This document shows positions 10,118 to 21,800 of a stretch of DNA of 64,000 bases, piece by piece (the stretch's first letter is position 1; every line of letters begins with the position of its first letter). The notes under the pieces were generated by a model. The model was not told where the DNA came from. It saw only the letters and a program-made list of their open reading frames with translations, and ran no database searches. Source of the stretch: Oopsacas minuta. Taxonomy: Eukaryota; Animalia; Porifera. The stretch is taken from contig JAKMXF010000210.1 of the NCBI GenBank assembly GCA_024704765.1, positions 186,001 to 250,000 of the forward strand. The letters run 5' to 3'. The position numbers and the translations under genes were made by a program.

Positions 10118-13100
10118 ATGTTCCAGAATGTTAACAATACAATAAGTTCCTTATTCTGTGGGTGCAATTGTTTTCGATGGCCACTACGTAACAGGACAGG
10201 GAGATATGTTCGGTTAAAAACGTTAGACACTGTCACACTCAATGAGAATCAAATGGGTTAGTTGGTATGTTCCTAAGATAGAATATTTGATATATTTAAT
10301 ATACTAGAATTCTTTGTTATTTGTTATATCATTTTTGGTTGATAGTATCTATAGTCTGAATTACAATTATAATCTTTTGTAATTTACACAGGTATCAACT
10401 GTGTGTTGGTTAAGTCTGGACGCCGTTTATGTGGATCTGGGATAGCTCTTGCTAACGCCCCTCTGTTACAAGAGAAGAGTTATTTTGAAATTAAAATACA
10501 AACAGATGGTGTGTTAAAAATAGTTTTTTATTTCGTGCAATATTTGATGATTTAGTCGCCAAATTTACGTATAATTCTCCTTTAGGAATCTGGGGAGTAG
10601 GAATATCACAAGAAGACATTAACCTAGATCAAGTACCATTAGGGGAGGATGAGAAAAGTTGGGTATTGAGGAGTGACAGTAGGGTGTATCATAAAGGAGA
10701 TGTGTTATTCTCATTAAAGGAAAGGGTAGAAGAAGGAGACATAATTGTAGGTCAAATACATCATAGCTAGCATGTTTGTATTGTTATTATCAAATCCGCG
10801 ACTCAGAGATTTATAATCTACCTCGAACATAAAAATAGTTAATCTATCAATATTCTCAAGTCCTGGGCAGTCGTGTACGTAGCAGAGGGAGCCAGGACCC
10901 CCACACGTTTTTCAATTATTGTTGTAACTAAAATATTTTCAACGGATTTGGTACTTAATATTCAGTGAAACATTCGTTGAAGTACTAAGTAGACACAATT
11001 TTGTGCCATTTTAAAAATATTGTAGGAGGATTTATAAGTTTATAAGACATGAATTGAAATAATTATCCAATAATTATTAATTGATTAGATATTACTCTTT
11101 CTCTTATTATGATACATAATTTTACTGGGATTGCATTAACATTAGTGTTTCCTTTTGAATTGTGATCATCTATTGTAATGTGATATTAGTACTTTCATAA
11201 TATTTGAATATTTTGAGTCCTAAGTTATGAAATCATTTCGGAATTTGATTCAACAAATCTATTGAAATTCCATACAGATTAATGCAAATTATGTTTATCT
11301 AATTGAAAGAGGTAGTATGTATGATTTTATATTCGAACTTATTTTACAGTCAATCGCATATGATCAAGTGGAATTGAGTATTTTCATCAATGGCAATTCA
11401 ATGTCACAATCAGTAAACGGAATCAAAGGGGAGATGTTTCCTGCCTTATATGGTAGGTTTATATGCTGTACACTTGTATAGGTCATTTGTAACAGGGTGT
11501 TTCTTACTTTTATTTAATGGATGCACAATCAACTTGGCAAATGAATTCAATTATTTTGGGAAACAAAGCAATTAATTTGGCAAATGGTTAAAATTATGTG
11601 CCCTATATATTGGTATCATTTCAACATTTCCCTTTGTAGAGTGTGGATTCATATACTCATACCAGAATGTTAAAAATGTATAGAAACATTATTTACATTA
11701 GTAACTTCTAGGTTGGGTTCTAAACAGTCAATAATTACTAGCAAGTAATTCTAAAATAGAAAATATGGTAATTACTAGATATTCTTCCACATTAACAAAT
11801 CCTCGCTAATAGTGTCTCTCTAAGGTAACGCTCCCAATCGAATGAATAACAATTCCCTCTTTTGGGCCTGCCTGGCTTTTTCTTATTCAATAATCCATAA
11901 GCGATAACATGAGAACATGCTTTGTAGTGCATATAGCTGGGACAAGTGCAGGAATACTGAACTTTATATCTACAAGATTCATCTAAGGATTCTGTAATGA
12001 CATAGAAACCTTCTCTTTCTAAAATAAAGGAGTCAAGATCCGTATATTGATCCACATGTAGAGACGCAGATTTATATTTCAAAAATAAGTCGGTAATTTC
12101 TTGCATTGCCAAATTAATTGCTTTTGTTTGCAAAAATAATTGAATTCAGTTGGCTAGATAATATTACATTCTTTATTTAGTTTTGCACAAAGCATTTTTC
12201 ATCATACCAAATTGTGATACAAAGCTATAGTGTAGACTTCAGTTGCATTTTAATTAAGTGCTTTTTTCGTATTAATATTACTGTAATATTTTTTGCATTC
12301 TGTTACTGAATAATGTTGCCATCCTGATGACATGCATAGGATCTGTCTACTTAAGTAAAATTTCTTCTCAAGCATAACTCTATTACGAAAATGAAACTAT
12401 TGAATTTTTGCAGGTGTGACATGGTATATATTATATTATTTTCTAACCAGCAACCTAGGTTGATCTGCAACTAGTTTGCGGGCAAAAAATCTCTGATTAT
12501 ATCAAATAACATAATACATTTCTGCAAGGGAACGAAGCACTTGAACTGTATTTGCATAGTTCAATATCATCATCTATATAAGTATTAATATGAAACTATG
12601 ATCTGGGTCATGCATTTTATTACAATATTCTATCAAAATTTATTAGTACATGTCGAATTCTAACGAAGCCAGTCATCAATTACATACCATTACAAGCTTA
12701 CTTTGCTCCAATGAGTTACAAATAATATCAGCTGGTCTAAAATTACTCCTAACAGCTACAGATACTATATGGAATGAGTATTTGCAATCTGCTCCAGAAT
12801 GTGGTCATATTATACAATGCTTATCTATGGGAAAAACAAAAATAACCTCAGATATCCTTGAGAAATGTTGGAAGATTTTGACAAGAGTATATGCTAGTGA
12901 TACAATAGTACACTTATCTACTAATATATTGCATGATGTAGTGAGTAAATATCTTAAACATATATTCCATTCCCTGTCAAGAAACTCACCAGAAACTCTA
13001 ACCATGGCTGTGCTAGGATTCTTATCATCAGCTGTTTTATACGACAACCAACATGCTAACCTAATTATGTCACATTGCAACCTGGCTCATAACATCTACC

Positions 13101-16100
13101 ATTACATGTTTTCACATAAATCAAGATTACGGCCTTCGATAATAAAGTTTGTACTAAGTTTTTTTATGACAGATGATTTTCAACTGATCAGAACCCTTCT
13201 GGAGATAAAAGTCGTATTTAATAATATATTCAAATACATCAAACATGATCCAATTGATCTGTCGTATTTCATAATAGCTATAATTGCAAAGAAGATATTT
13301 TCGCCAGAGATAAGTAAGAAATTGAAGATAGGTGTTTTTTCGTCTTCGACAATGATACAAATTTTCCATTTATTGGATAAGGATGATGAAGTTTCGCTAG
13401 AAGATGATTCTGTTACTTTTCAGTTGCGAGAGCAAGGGTTTGATTCTGAAGTCATTCCATTTTGTGATTACGTTGAAGTTTTCATTAAGATTCTCTGTAC
13501 CTCAGAACGATTTGGGCTGTGTTATTTACCAAAAATTGAAATGATAAACTCTTACAAATATAACAATCCAGCTATTTTGTATATCCTAAAAGCAATCCCT
13601 TACTCAATGCGAGTAGGCAACAAAGTTGAGAGGTTAATTATCGAATTGTTGCACTCTTCTCCAGATATTACTTACAACTTTCTTTCAGAAGATCTATACT
13701 TGATTATACCCCAAATCCAATCAGAGTGGGTTAATACTCTTGAGTTCTTAATTAAATTCTACCGCACTCTCCCTCTAAAGGCGAGCATTCAGAAAACTTC
13801 ATTAAAATCAGCTTTGATTAACCTCAATCTATCCAGTTTATCAGCTTTACTCTTCCCCCCACAAACCGCGAAATTGCATTTTAACCAAGGCATTCTGCAT
13901 CAAAATTACTTATGTAAGTACTTAACCGCACAGTTTCTTACGTGCTTATTGACCAATTATTCAAATCTACACGTGATTTCTAATTCTGTACCTGAATCTA
14001 AATTTGATATTGGCTCCTTTATAGAATCTATTCGCTTTAAACTTCCAGATGTAATGATCATAATTGCACAATTGAAGTTAACCTCTCAAATGACTGAGGC
14101 ACAATTCACGGATGACATTGATAAATTCGGCTGTGAAATTTCTTCAAAGTATGGTCACTTACGAGATAAAATATGTGAAACTTTCCTTATCACTTTTCTA
14201 AAACTCTTACTTCTCTACCAAGAACTTTACCCTCTCTCTATTTTACAAGCTAATTATTCTGTATCAAAACTGCTTACAAACTTCACTATGAGCAATGAGA
14301 GTATGTTAATAGCATTACGTATTGTCAATCAATCGCCAGCTGGTGCGATAAAATGGTTAGATGCTAACTCAACAAAAAGTCCTTTGGGACTTCTAATTAA
14401 CATTTATCTGCTTACTGATCTTACTCCTTCGCTTCACTCAGAAATTGAGCTCTGCTTTATGAAATTTACTCGAGAAATGCCTCACTTATGCGTGAACCCT
14501 TTACTCATTAATTTAACTCTTACTACCATTAAGAGCATGGTGGGTACAACGATCTTACCAAATGTAAATAATTACGTAACAGAATTAGGAAATTTCCTCG
14601 TTAGAGTGATAAGTTATAAATCATTCGAATTGAATTTTCAGTCAGATGGATTATCATGCCTTGTTAAAATTTTGGAGGAAAATATCCATACTTCCTCAGA
14701 CGATTTTGCTTTTTTTGAAATATTTTGGCTACTGGTTGATGTGGCTATTTACCAAAATGATGAAGATTTGGTTATTCTTCTTTTCTACTTATTTTCTAAA
14801 TTACTTTTGAAAACTGGGTTAATTCAGAGACACATGTTTACTTTCTATTCACAATGTTTCGATCTTCTACTTTCTAAGGCAAATACTATTTTGAATTTCC
14901 CCTTGCCTTGTCAGATAATCTATAAGCATTTACTAGAATTTTTAGTAATCTGGATTCACAAGCTTAACAATTCTTCACTTACCAATATGAAATTAATTAT
15001 ATTATCGATTGAAGATGAACTCTCTGAATTTCAAAGAAATACTACATCATTGGCTAATAATTTAATTCACACGTCTGACATACAAAAATTATTTGAATTC
15101 CAAAATGGTATACCAACTGATTTCATAGTCAATATTTTAAAATATATTCCCTACGGATTTGCACAATACATGCTAAATGAAACCAATACTCTACACCTTA
15201 CATTTTTATCAGAAATCACCTCGAAATTGGATTTTCACGAATGGATATTTCAGTCTTGTGCCTTGACTAATTTTCACCTTGATGCTAATACAGGTGTTGC
15301 TACTAATTATGCTAATTTCCTGTTACAATTACAACCGATAATCAACTTGTACTTCCAATCAATTGACTCTGTATTCGACCATCAGTGCCTTATTGATTAT
15401 TCGGAGTTCTGTGGTGGTCTCTTATGTATTACAAATCATTTGTGCCAAACCGGAAAGACAGTATTGATACGAATAATCCAACATTTTACTTCTATAGCTA
15501 TTCAAACCTCAAAATACTTTGAATTAATCCAGAATAATAGAACAATTGCATCAACATATAGTTGGTGGCGTTCTTTAATAGAACCAGTGAATATAGAATC
15601 AAAAGCAAAACGTCTAAAAGTTACTGACGAATTAACCTACGAGACTCTCTACTCTCTACTGCTATTGATTACAAGTCTTGACTGCGATAAGCCGAAATGT
15701 ATTTTGGATTTCTATTTAAAACTCACTGATCGGAATGAGATTTTATCTTGTGATTCTATAGTAGATTTTCGTTGTAATGGAAGTGAAATAATAGATACGA
15801 TAACTATTGCTATTCACGATGATATATTAGCCTCATTGGAGCATAATAATAATAATAATGATAACAACAAACAACAAACAGTAGGCAATTATTCAGATAG
15901 CTGTGTCTACTCAGAAGCTACATGGACAGATAAAGAAATGAAAATAATCAATTTACTACAAAGAGACGGTATAGAATGTGTCAATAGTTTAAAAGACAAT
16001 TTAGCATTTGCAACACAAGTATTACTCAAGGTATACAAAGGTACTCTTTCAAAAGATGATCAAAATATACTCAATATTTTTAGAACATTAGAAGTTACGG

Positions 16101-17293
16101 ATAATTCAGAGTGCAACTTAAAACCCTTCGTTTGGGGAGATAAAGTTTTACATTACATGGAATATGAATCGAAAGCTTTCACTCATGTAACACAAAGCTA
16201 CAATCCTAATAATATCTTACTCGAATTATCAATAGAACTGTTGAATGAAACTATCTCACAGTTTCCTGTTTACAGAGTTTTTGATGAAGTTTTCGATTCT
16301 AAACTTCCTGAACATTTGTACGATCCGTGTTTTTTGCTTCCACTTTTCAGTTTTATTTTAGCACCAGGTGTAGATGTGGATTGTAGAAAATTCGCTGAGC
16401 TAGGCTGTTTAGGGGTTCTCTTCAGATGCTTGAGTTCTCTCAGTTATGACGTCAGAGCTTCTGCCGCTCATTGTCTAGATCGATACACAACACATATGAG
16501 TTACAATTCATTCAGGGAAAAGCGACAGATCTCTCTTATACTAGATATTACTGCTAATACTATTTGTGAGGATTTATCTCGCATTCCTTCTATCCACACT
16601 TCTTTCCTAGCACGAACTGTCCCGATATTACTCCATCCTAATCACGATTTGTTCTTACTTCTGACAAAATTCCTTCTTTCTAAACCAAACATAAACACAG
16701 AAGAACTTCCTCTCCTAAAAACAATGATCCTTAGCAGTAGCCCCGTACAGAAACGGGAGAAAATTTGGATGATAAAATTACTGATAGAAGGAATTCTTTG
16801 TGAAGAAGATTACAAATTCTACAAAAGAAGACATATATTTTCTCTGCTATTTTCTATGTGTGATCCTGTTCTCAATGAGTTACAGATTTGTCTCGCAATT
16901 ATCAAGTTCGCCCTTAAGGTTAGCAGCCTTCATTTCGCTTGCAGAGATCTTGTGAGTTATGAGGGGTTAGGAGCATGGGCAATTCATTTATGCACACAAC
17001 TCAAACACATCTCAGAATCTCAAGAAAAGAATACTATATTAGAGTGTTTAGATGAAATAGTATTAAGAGCATGTGATAGTTAGTTCAAATTCCTTTATTG
17101 TATTTTATTAATTATCAACGGATAATATTCATATGATTTATACTTAATCGTGGGTATTTAAGGTTAATAGTTTGGATAAAATTAACACTTCCATTGTATT
17201 GTAGTGGATGATGGTGCAATATTAGAAGCTACATTTAGAGATTTCAACTTCCCACCGCCAGAAGGATTCGAGAGAATATTAGTAGATTTGTGA
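10118..17293 (+). CDS. SPRYD7: SPRY domain-containing protein 7 (5 exons: 10118-~10258, ~10393-10508, ~10586-10746, ~11351-11452, 17205-17293)
   Basis: VLVKSGRRLCGSGIALANAPL..KSYFEIKIQ, GIWGVG, YDQVELSIFING, GEMFPALY|VDDGAILEATFRDFNFPPPEGFERIL; the last exon lies beyond a 5752-bp intron (11453-17204). Confidence 0.9.
11542..12148. repeat. About 43-bp inverted repeat (11542-11583 vs 12106-12148)
   Basis: TGAATTCAATTATTTTGGGAAACAAA-GCAATTAATTTGGCAA vs the reverse complement TGAATTCAATTATTTTTGCAAACAAAAGCAATTAATTTGGCAA: 2 mismatches and 1 indel. Confidence 0.85.
11792..12133 (-). mobile_element. Mutator(MULE)-like transposase fragment, SWIM zinc finger plus basic tail
   Basis: CTCPSYMHYKACSH (CxC...CxH SWIM) followed by KKKPGRPKRG; no DDE domain and no ATG start; located in the SPRYD7 intron. 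Confidence 0.6.
12650..17083 (+). CDS. URB1: Nucleolar pre-ribosomal-associated protein 1 (Npa1/URB1), intronless, nested in the last SPRYD7 intron
   Basis: N-terminal Npa1-like LRPSIIKFVLSFF...KKLKIGVFS; C-terminal LYDPCFLLPLF...VDCRKFAELGCLG...LSS..YDVRASA; 1477 aa. Confidence 0.85.
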   Translation: MSNSNEASHQLHTITSLLCSNELQIISAGLKLLLTATDTIWNEYLQSAPECGHIIQCLSMGKTKITSDILEKCWKILTRVYASDTIVHLSTNILHDVVSKYLKHIFHSLSRNSPETLTMAVLGFLSSAVLYDNQHANLIMSHCNLAHNIYHYMFSHKSRLRPSIIKFVLSFFMTDDFQLIRTLLEIKVVFNNIFKYIKHDPIDLSYFIIAIIAKKIFSPEISKKLKIGVFSSSTMIQIFHLLDKDDEVSLEDDSVTFQLREQGFDSEVIPFCDYVEVFIKILCTSERFGLCYLPKIEMINSYKYNNPAILYILKAIPYSMRVGNKVERLIIELLHSSPDITYNFLSEDLYLIIPQIQSEWVNTLEFLIKFYRTLPLKASIQKTSLKSALINLNLSSLSALLFPPQTAKLHFNQGILHQNYLCKYLTAQFLTCLLTNYSNLHVISNSVPESKFDIGSFIESIRFKLPDVMIIIAQLKLTSQMTEAQFTDDIDKFGCEISSKYGHLRDKICETFLITFLKLLLLYQELYPLSILQANYSVSKLLTNFTMSNESMLIALRIVNQSPAGAIKWLDANSTKSPLGLLINIYLLTDLTPSLHSEIELCFMKFTREMPHLCVNPLLINLTLTTIKSMVGTTILPNVNNYVTELGNFLVRVISYKSFELNFQSDGLSCLVKILEENIHTSSDDFAFFEIFWLLVDVAIYQNDEDLVILLFYLFSKLLLKTGLIQRHMFTFYSQCFDLLLSKANTILNFPLPCQIIYKHLLEFLVIWIHKLNNSSLTNMKLIILSIEDELSEFQRNTTSLANNLIHTSDIQKLFEFQNGIPTDFIVNILKYIPYGFAQYMLNETNTLHLTFLSEITSKLDFHEWIFQSCALTNFHLDANTGVATNYANFLLQLQPIINLYFQSIDSVFDHQCLIDYSEFCGGLLCITNHLCQTGKTVLIRIIQHFTSIAIQTSKYFELIQNNRTIASTYSWWRSLIEPVNIESKAKRLKVTDELTYETLYSLLLLITSLDCDKPKCILDFYLKLTDRNEILSCDSIVDFRCNGSEIIDTITIAIHDDILASLEHNNNNNDNNKQQTVGNYSDSCVYSEATWTDKEMKIINLLQRDGIECVNSLKDNLAFATQVLLKVYKGTLSKDDQNILNIFRTLEVTDNSECNLKPFVWGDKVLHYMEYESKAFTHVTQSYNPNNILLELSIELLNETISQFPVYRVFDEVFDSKLPEHLYDPCFLLPLFSFILAPGVDVDCRKFAELGCLGVLFRCLSSLSYDVRASAAHCLDRYTTHMSYNSFREKRQISLILDITANTICEDLSRIPSIHTSFLARTVPILLHPNHDLFLLLTKFLLSKPNINTEELPLLKTMILSSSPVQKREKIWMIKLLIEGILCEEDYKFYKRRHIFSLLFSMCDPVLNELQICLAIIKFALKVSSLHFACRDLVSYEGLGAWAIHLCTQLKHISESQEKNTILECLDEIVLRACDS

Positions 17294-17812
17294 GAAACAT
17301 AATACACTAATGTTATTGTATAAGAATCCAGTATGAGTATTTGTACTACATTTATCTGTATATTGTATTGGTAGAAACTAATTACATCATTAATTATTGG
17401 AGCAAATACAAATAATATATTTGAATAAGTAATCGTGAAAATATTTTATACAATATGAATACAAAATAAGATTAAACCTCTGGCTTAGGAAAAATCTTTT
17501 GTTTAGAATAGCTCTTTACAGAAAAAAGTTGGTTAATATACATATATTATTAGTTTGTTTACATAAATAGCGCTCCAACGAATTATGTTGAAATTAATAT
17601 TGTAACTGGCTTACTAAGAGAAACTGAATAGAACTTATTTAATGTTCTTATAATATTATCAGAGCATTGCGTTAATTTCACTTTCTATTATTTACATATG
17701 TTATATAATGAGAATACGAGATGAAAATGATTTGATTACACACTGCCAGATAACAACACAGAATATCCAATTTATCAGTTTACATGGCATAAAACGGTAA
17801 AAAACATAAGTG

Positions 17813-18745
17813 TTACGCCAAATATTCGTACAAGTTAGGTTCATCTTCATTTCTTTTGATATAGTCGTGTTCAATGAGATTTTCAATCCTCTTCTTGAAA
17901 TCTGCTTGCTAAACAATAAAATACATTTCTGAAACTTAAGGCAGAACAGATATGTAAATATCAACAACAAACAAACACACACATACGTATATAGTCAAAT
18001 GTATACTCTTAAATGTAACACAAATATTCAAGCTTACTCGAATTGGGAAGTTTGATTGCTCCGATAATTCTCTTAGCAGATTTGAGTGATTTAATTTCTT
18101 TCTGGTTTTCATTATTCGCATTATTCCTGCATCCATCTATAAGAAATAAACTTGTATTACAGTTTCCAAATAACATGCAATGTATTTTGTATTCACCTGC
18201 ATGTTTCTATCATAAATAACCTTAGTTCTAGTTTTATCATTTTCTTCCTCCTAAAGCAAGTCATAAATCAATTTTATCAAATTGTTTAAAATAATTGTAC
18301 ATACTGATTCTTTCATCTGTACTTGGTTTATTTTAATACTGTGCAGGTGATGGTTGAAGTTCTCATTGTAAATAAATTCTGTGTCATTTTCTATGTTTGT
18401 ACCCTAAATAAATGTTTGGATGAAGTTCAGCCCTGACACCATAAGGGATAGTTTAACCTACCTTTAAGCTCTTTTGTAATACTTTAACTTTACCCATTGT
18501 TAACGCTATGAGCGTCATTTTTAACTCTTTAGTGGCTAAAAGATATAGAAACATTTAGTCCCATATTCAGGGTCGGAACAAAGGGGTGTGACAGGTAGGC
18601 CCTAACATATATTCGTATTTGTGTAGTCACTGTAAACTACAGACTCTTCATTATTACTTGAATACAAATATATTATAATTGTATACGATGTAATTGTTCG
18701 AATAATATACAAAATATTTTCAGATCCAACCCAATAGTGTCTTTC

Positions 18746-18828
<83 letters not shown>

Positions 18829-21800
18829 CTATCAATTTTTCTGCGCACATTCAATAACTTGCTGAAGTGGCCAATTCAATATGTGACTGAAATTTTCAAT
18901 AGACAATATAGAGCATATTGTTTCATAATATGACCCCAATGATACCCACCAAAAATGTATTGAAAGACTGAGTTAGCAAGAAAGGATGCTAATTATTAAA
19001 TCTACACTTTAACTTACTAATCGAGGTTATTTCTGAGATCTTTTGAAATGTTATAACATTGCTTGAATTGAACAAAAGAAGTACTAATGTTTGGAAGAAT
19101 GATACATGTAGTTCTTTTGAGCGCTGAGTAAGGAAATATATATACATATACATACACATAATTACTTCTAAATATTAATTTCTGATTATACTTACTAATG
19201 GAAAATTAGCCTTTAATTTACAATGGCCAAGAGAGTGTTGCCATTCCAGGGTTCTTCCACTGTAGTTTGACTTGTAATATGTTTGAAAATTGCCGAGGGA
19301 GCTGCTTAACTGTTATAAAATGAATAAATCTTAATACTGCAGAGCTTGAATTACTTCATTTATTTATATTTATTATCGCACTTAACTTAAAAATGCACTT
19401 TTCCCTAAAATTAACATTATCTTTACCATATCTATGCAAATTGAAAGTAATTACATGCAGTTGATAGTAGAAAATTGATATTAAAGAAAGAGAGATGAGT
19501 GAAATTATGTTAGAAATAAATCAGAAGAGAGACAGTATCAATTTCTTCTTCCCTTTTACTTACAAGTCAATAAATTCAACGTATAATTAGTAGAATTAAT
19601 TACGTATATTGGATGTTAATACGTATTACAAATGTGCTACCATATGTAGCTTTTAAATAATTATTTATTCCCAAAAAATATTAAAATTATATCATCCTAT
19701 ATACAGTGCAACTTCTAACATCCGAACTCGTCGACTCAGTCTAAAGTGTTTGGATAACGAAGATTCGGATAATCCAGGGAAGGACTATTTGGTATGACCG
19801 GATAATCGTAACTTTCTTACCTCAATTGGCATATTAACTTTAGCGCCTTGATAAGAAGGCCAGTTAGCTTTAGAGAGTACATTTACATTCATGTCTAAAC
19901 ACTGTTTTTTGTTACTTTGCTAAACAGATAATATATTCATTAATAATGTCATACGTCATATGTTTGATTGTTCTCCCTAGCTGCCCACAAAATAGGTCAA
20001 GGGGTCCTAAGTGTGGACTACTAGCAAGATATTATATGAAGTAAATAGAGAATAAACTATTGAGTGTGGACAGCCATTTGAGAACAAGATCACTTACTGT
20101 ACCTCTTTGAATGTGTGAGACAAATCCATAGAAAGTTCTATATCTTTAAACATTTCCTCGAGTTTAGAAGTGAAATCAGGGCCACATTCTAAAATTAATA
20201 TAATGGCTTAAGTATAAGACTTAATCAAAATGTGGTGAATTATTTCACAGAAATCATATCAAAGTAGCATATGAAAATTTTTGGTAAGGATATATTAAGG
20301 AAGAAACCTTATTCAGAGAAAATGAGTGATAATTAAATTGATAAAGATTTGAAACGTTTTCAAAATATATTTTTATACAAGCATCACGAAGCACATAATT
20401 ATCCAAAAGTTATATTTCTTTGTAGAGTTGTTGAATTTATTATTAGTTTTTACAGATCATCCGTAATTATGATTGGTATTTGTAATAACTGGCTACTCAA
20501 CTGTTGGAAATTTATTGTAGCTGCACATTTCGAGGGGAGTATTTTGACCAATATAATTGCTCTGATCTTGCATAAGTAACCCTAATTAAATGGTGACCAA
20601 TTACGTGGAATCGATTGGCCAACTGTATCATCTAAATCAATAATGTAAAATTATAAATATAATGATAATTATGAAATACATCCCAGCGTATACTGAATTT
20701 GAAATCTGCACGAATTGAAAATGAAACAAACTTGACTGTAGAAATTATTGGATTTTAATCAAGAATTATAATTCTAAGCAAAAGTTATTTAGCACCAAAC
20801 TTAATTTACATTATCTTAAATACGTATTAACAACCTTGTTTCAATTTGATCAACATTGCCTTTTCAGCGTCGACTGAAGCACTCTTCCCATGTAGTAGAC
20901 GTTTCGATAGATTTTGCTTGTAAAAGCCTTCAAAAATATCTTTTCCTAAATTAGAATATACATATCAATCATATACCTTACTAATCGACTCACAAATACG
21001 TTATCTCGAACCCTCAGGGGGAAGACAGCTGTTGGAGATAACGGATGCAACTATATACAGTAGAACTTGGATAAGACGGAGGCTCGTACTTCTTTGAAAC
21101 CAAAATAGTTCCCATTCAGTCTAATACAATCCTATTCGGTTGTTACGTACATACATAGTACGTACTAATTTTTGTTCCCGAAGAGCTTCATCTTATTCGG
21201 TTTACTGTATGCTTATGTGTAATCCTATTTGACCACAATACAGTTATACTACTATTCACATACATATGGTATATACTAATGTATTATACTTCTGATATAT
21301 AGATTGTAAGAATATTTGCTTTAATTCTTTAATATGTGCATAGAAACGGAAATGATACAAAAAATTGCAGTTTGTTGGCTAGCGATAAAATATGCAAGAA
21401 TGCGTACAACTAATACATTTATAAATATGAGAAATTGCTTGTTTTAGTGATTGTCCATTAATTTTTTGTAAAAGTTTATTTCTTGTATAAGATCTTCTTT
21501 TTCTTGTGATAACATTTTCCTTGTTGCACGAAGTATTTCTACTTCTCCGTTCAATTCTTGATATTCATGTTTATCTCTGATTCGAGACATTTTCGCTGTT
21601 TTCCTGTTCATTGTTTTCCTTCTTAACTCGCGAATATAATCCTTTTCTGGTATATTGAAGCAACCAGAATCAAGAATTTCATTCATTTCATTTACATCAA
21701 TAGCTATGAGTTTATCATTATCAATTAAATCAAAGAAGTTTGACGAGGAGAAATTTGTGTTTAGAATTCGTTTTGCCACTCGAATTTTGCAATTCATTGT

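Noticed and set aside
18602-18850. 82-aa poly-isoleucine ORF
   Set aside because: It is the (TAA)n microsatellite read on the minus strand inside a CUL4 intron.
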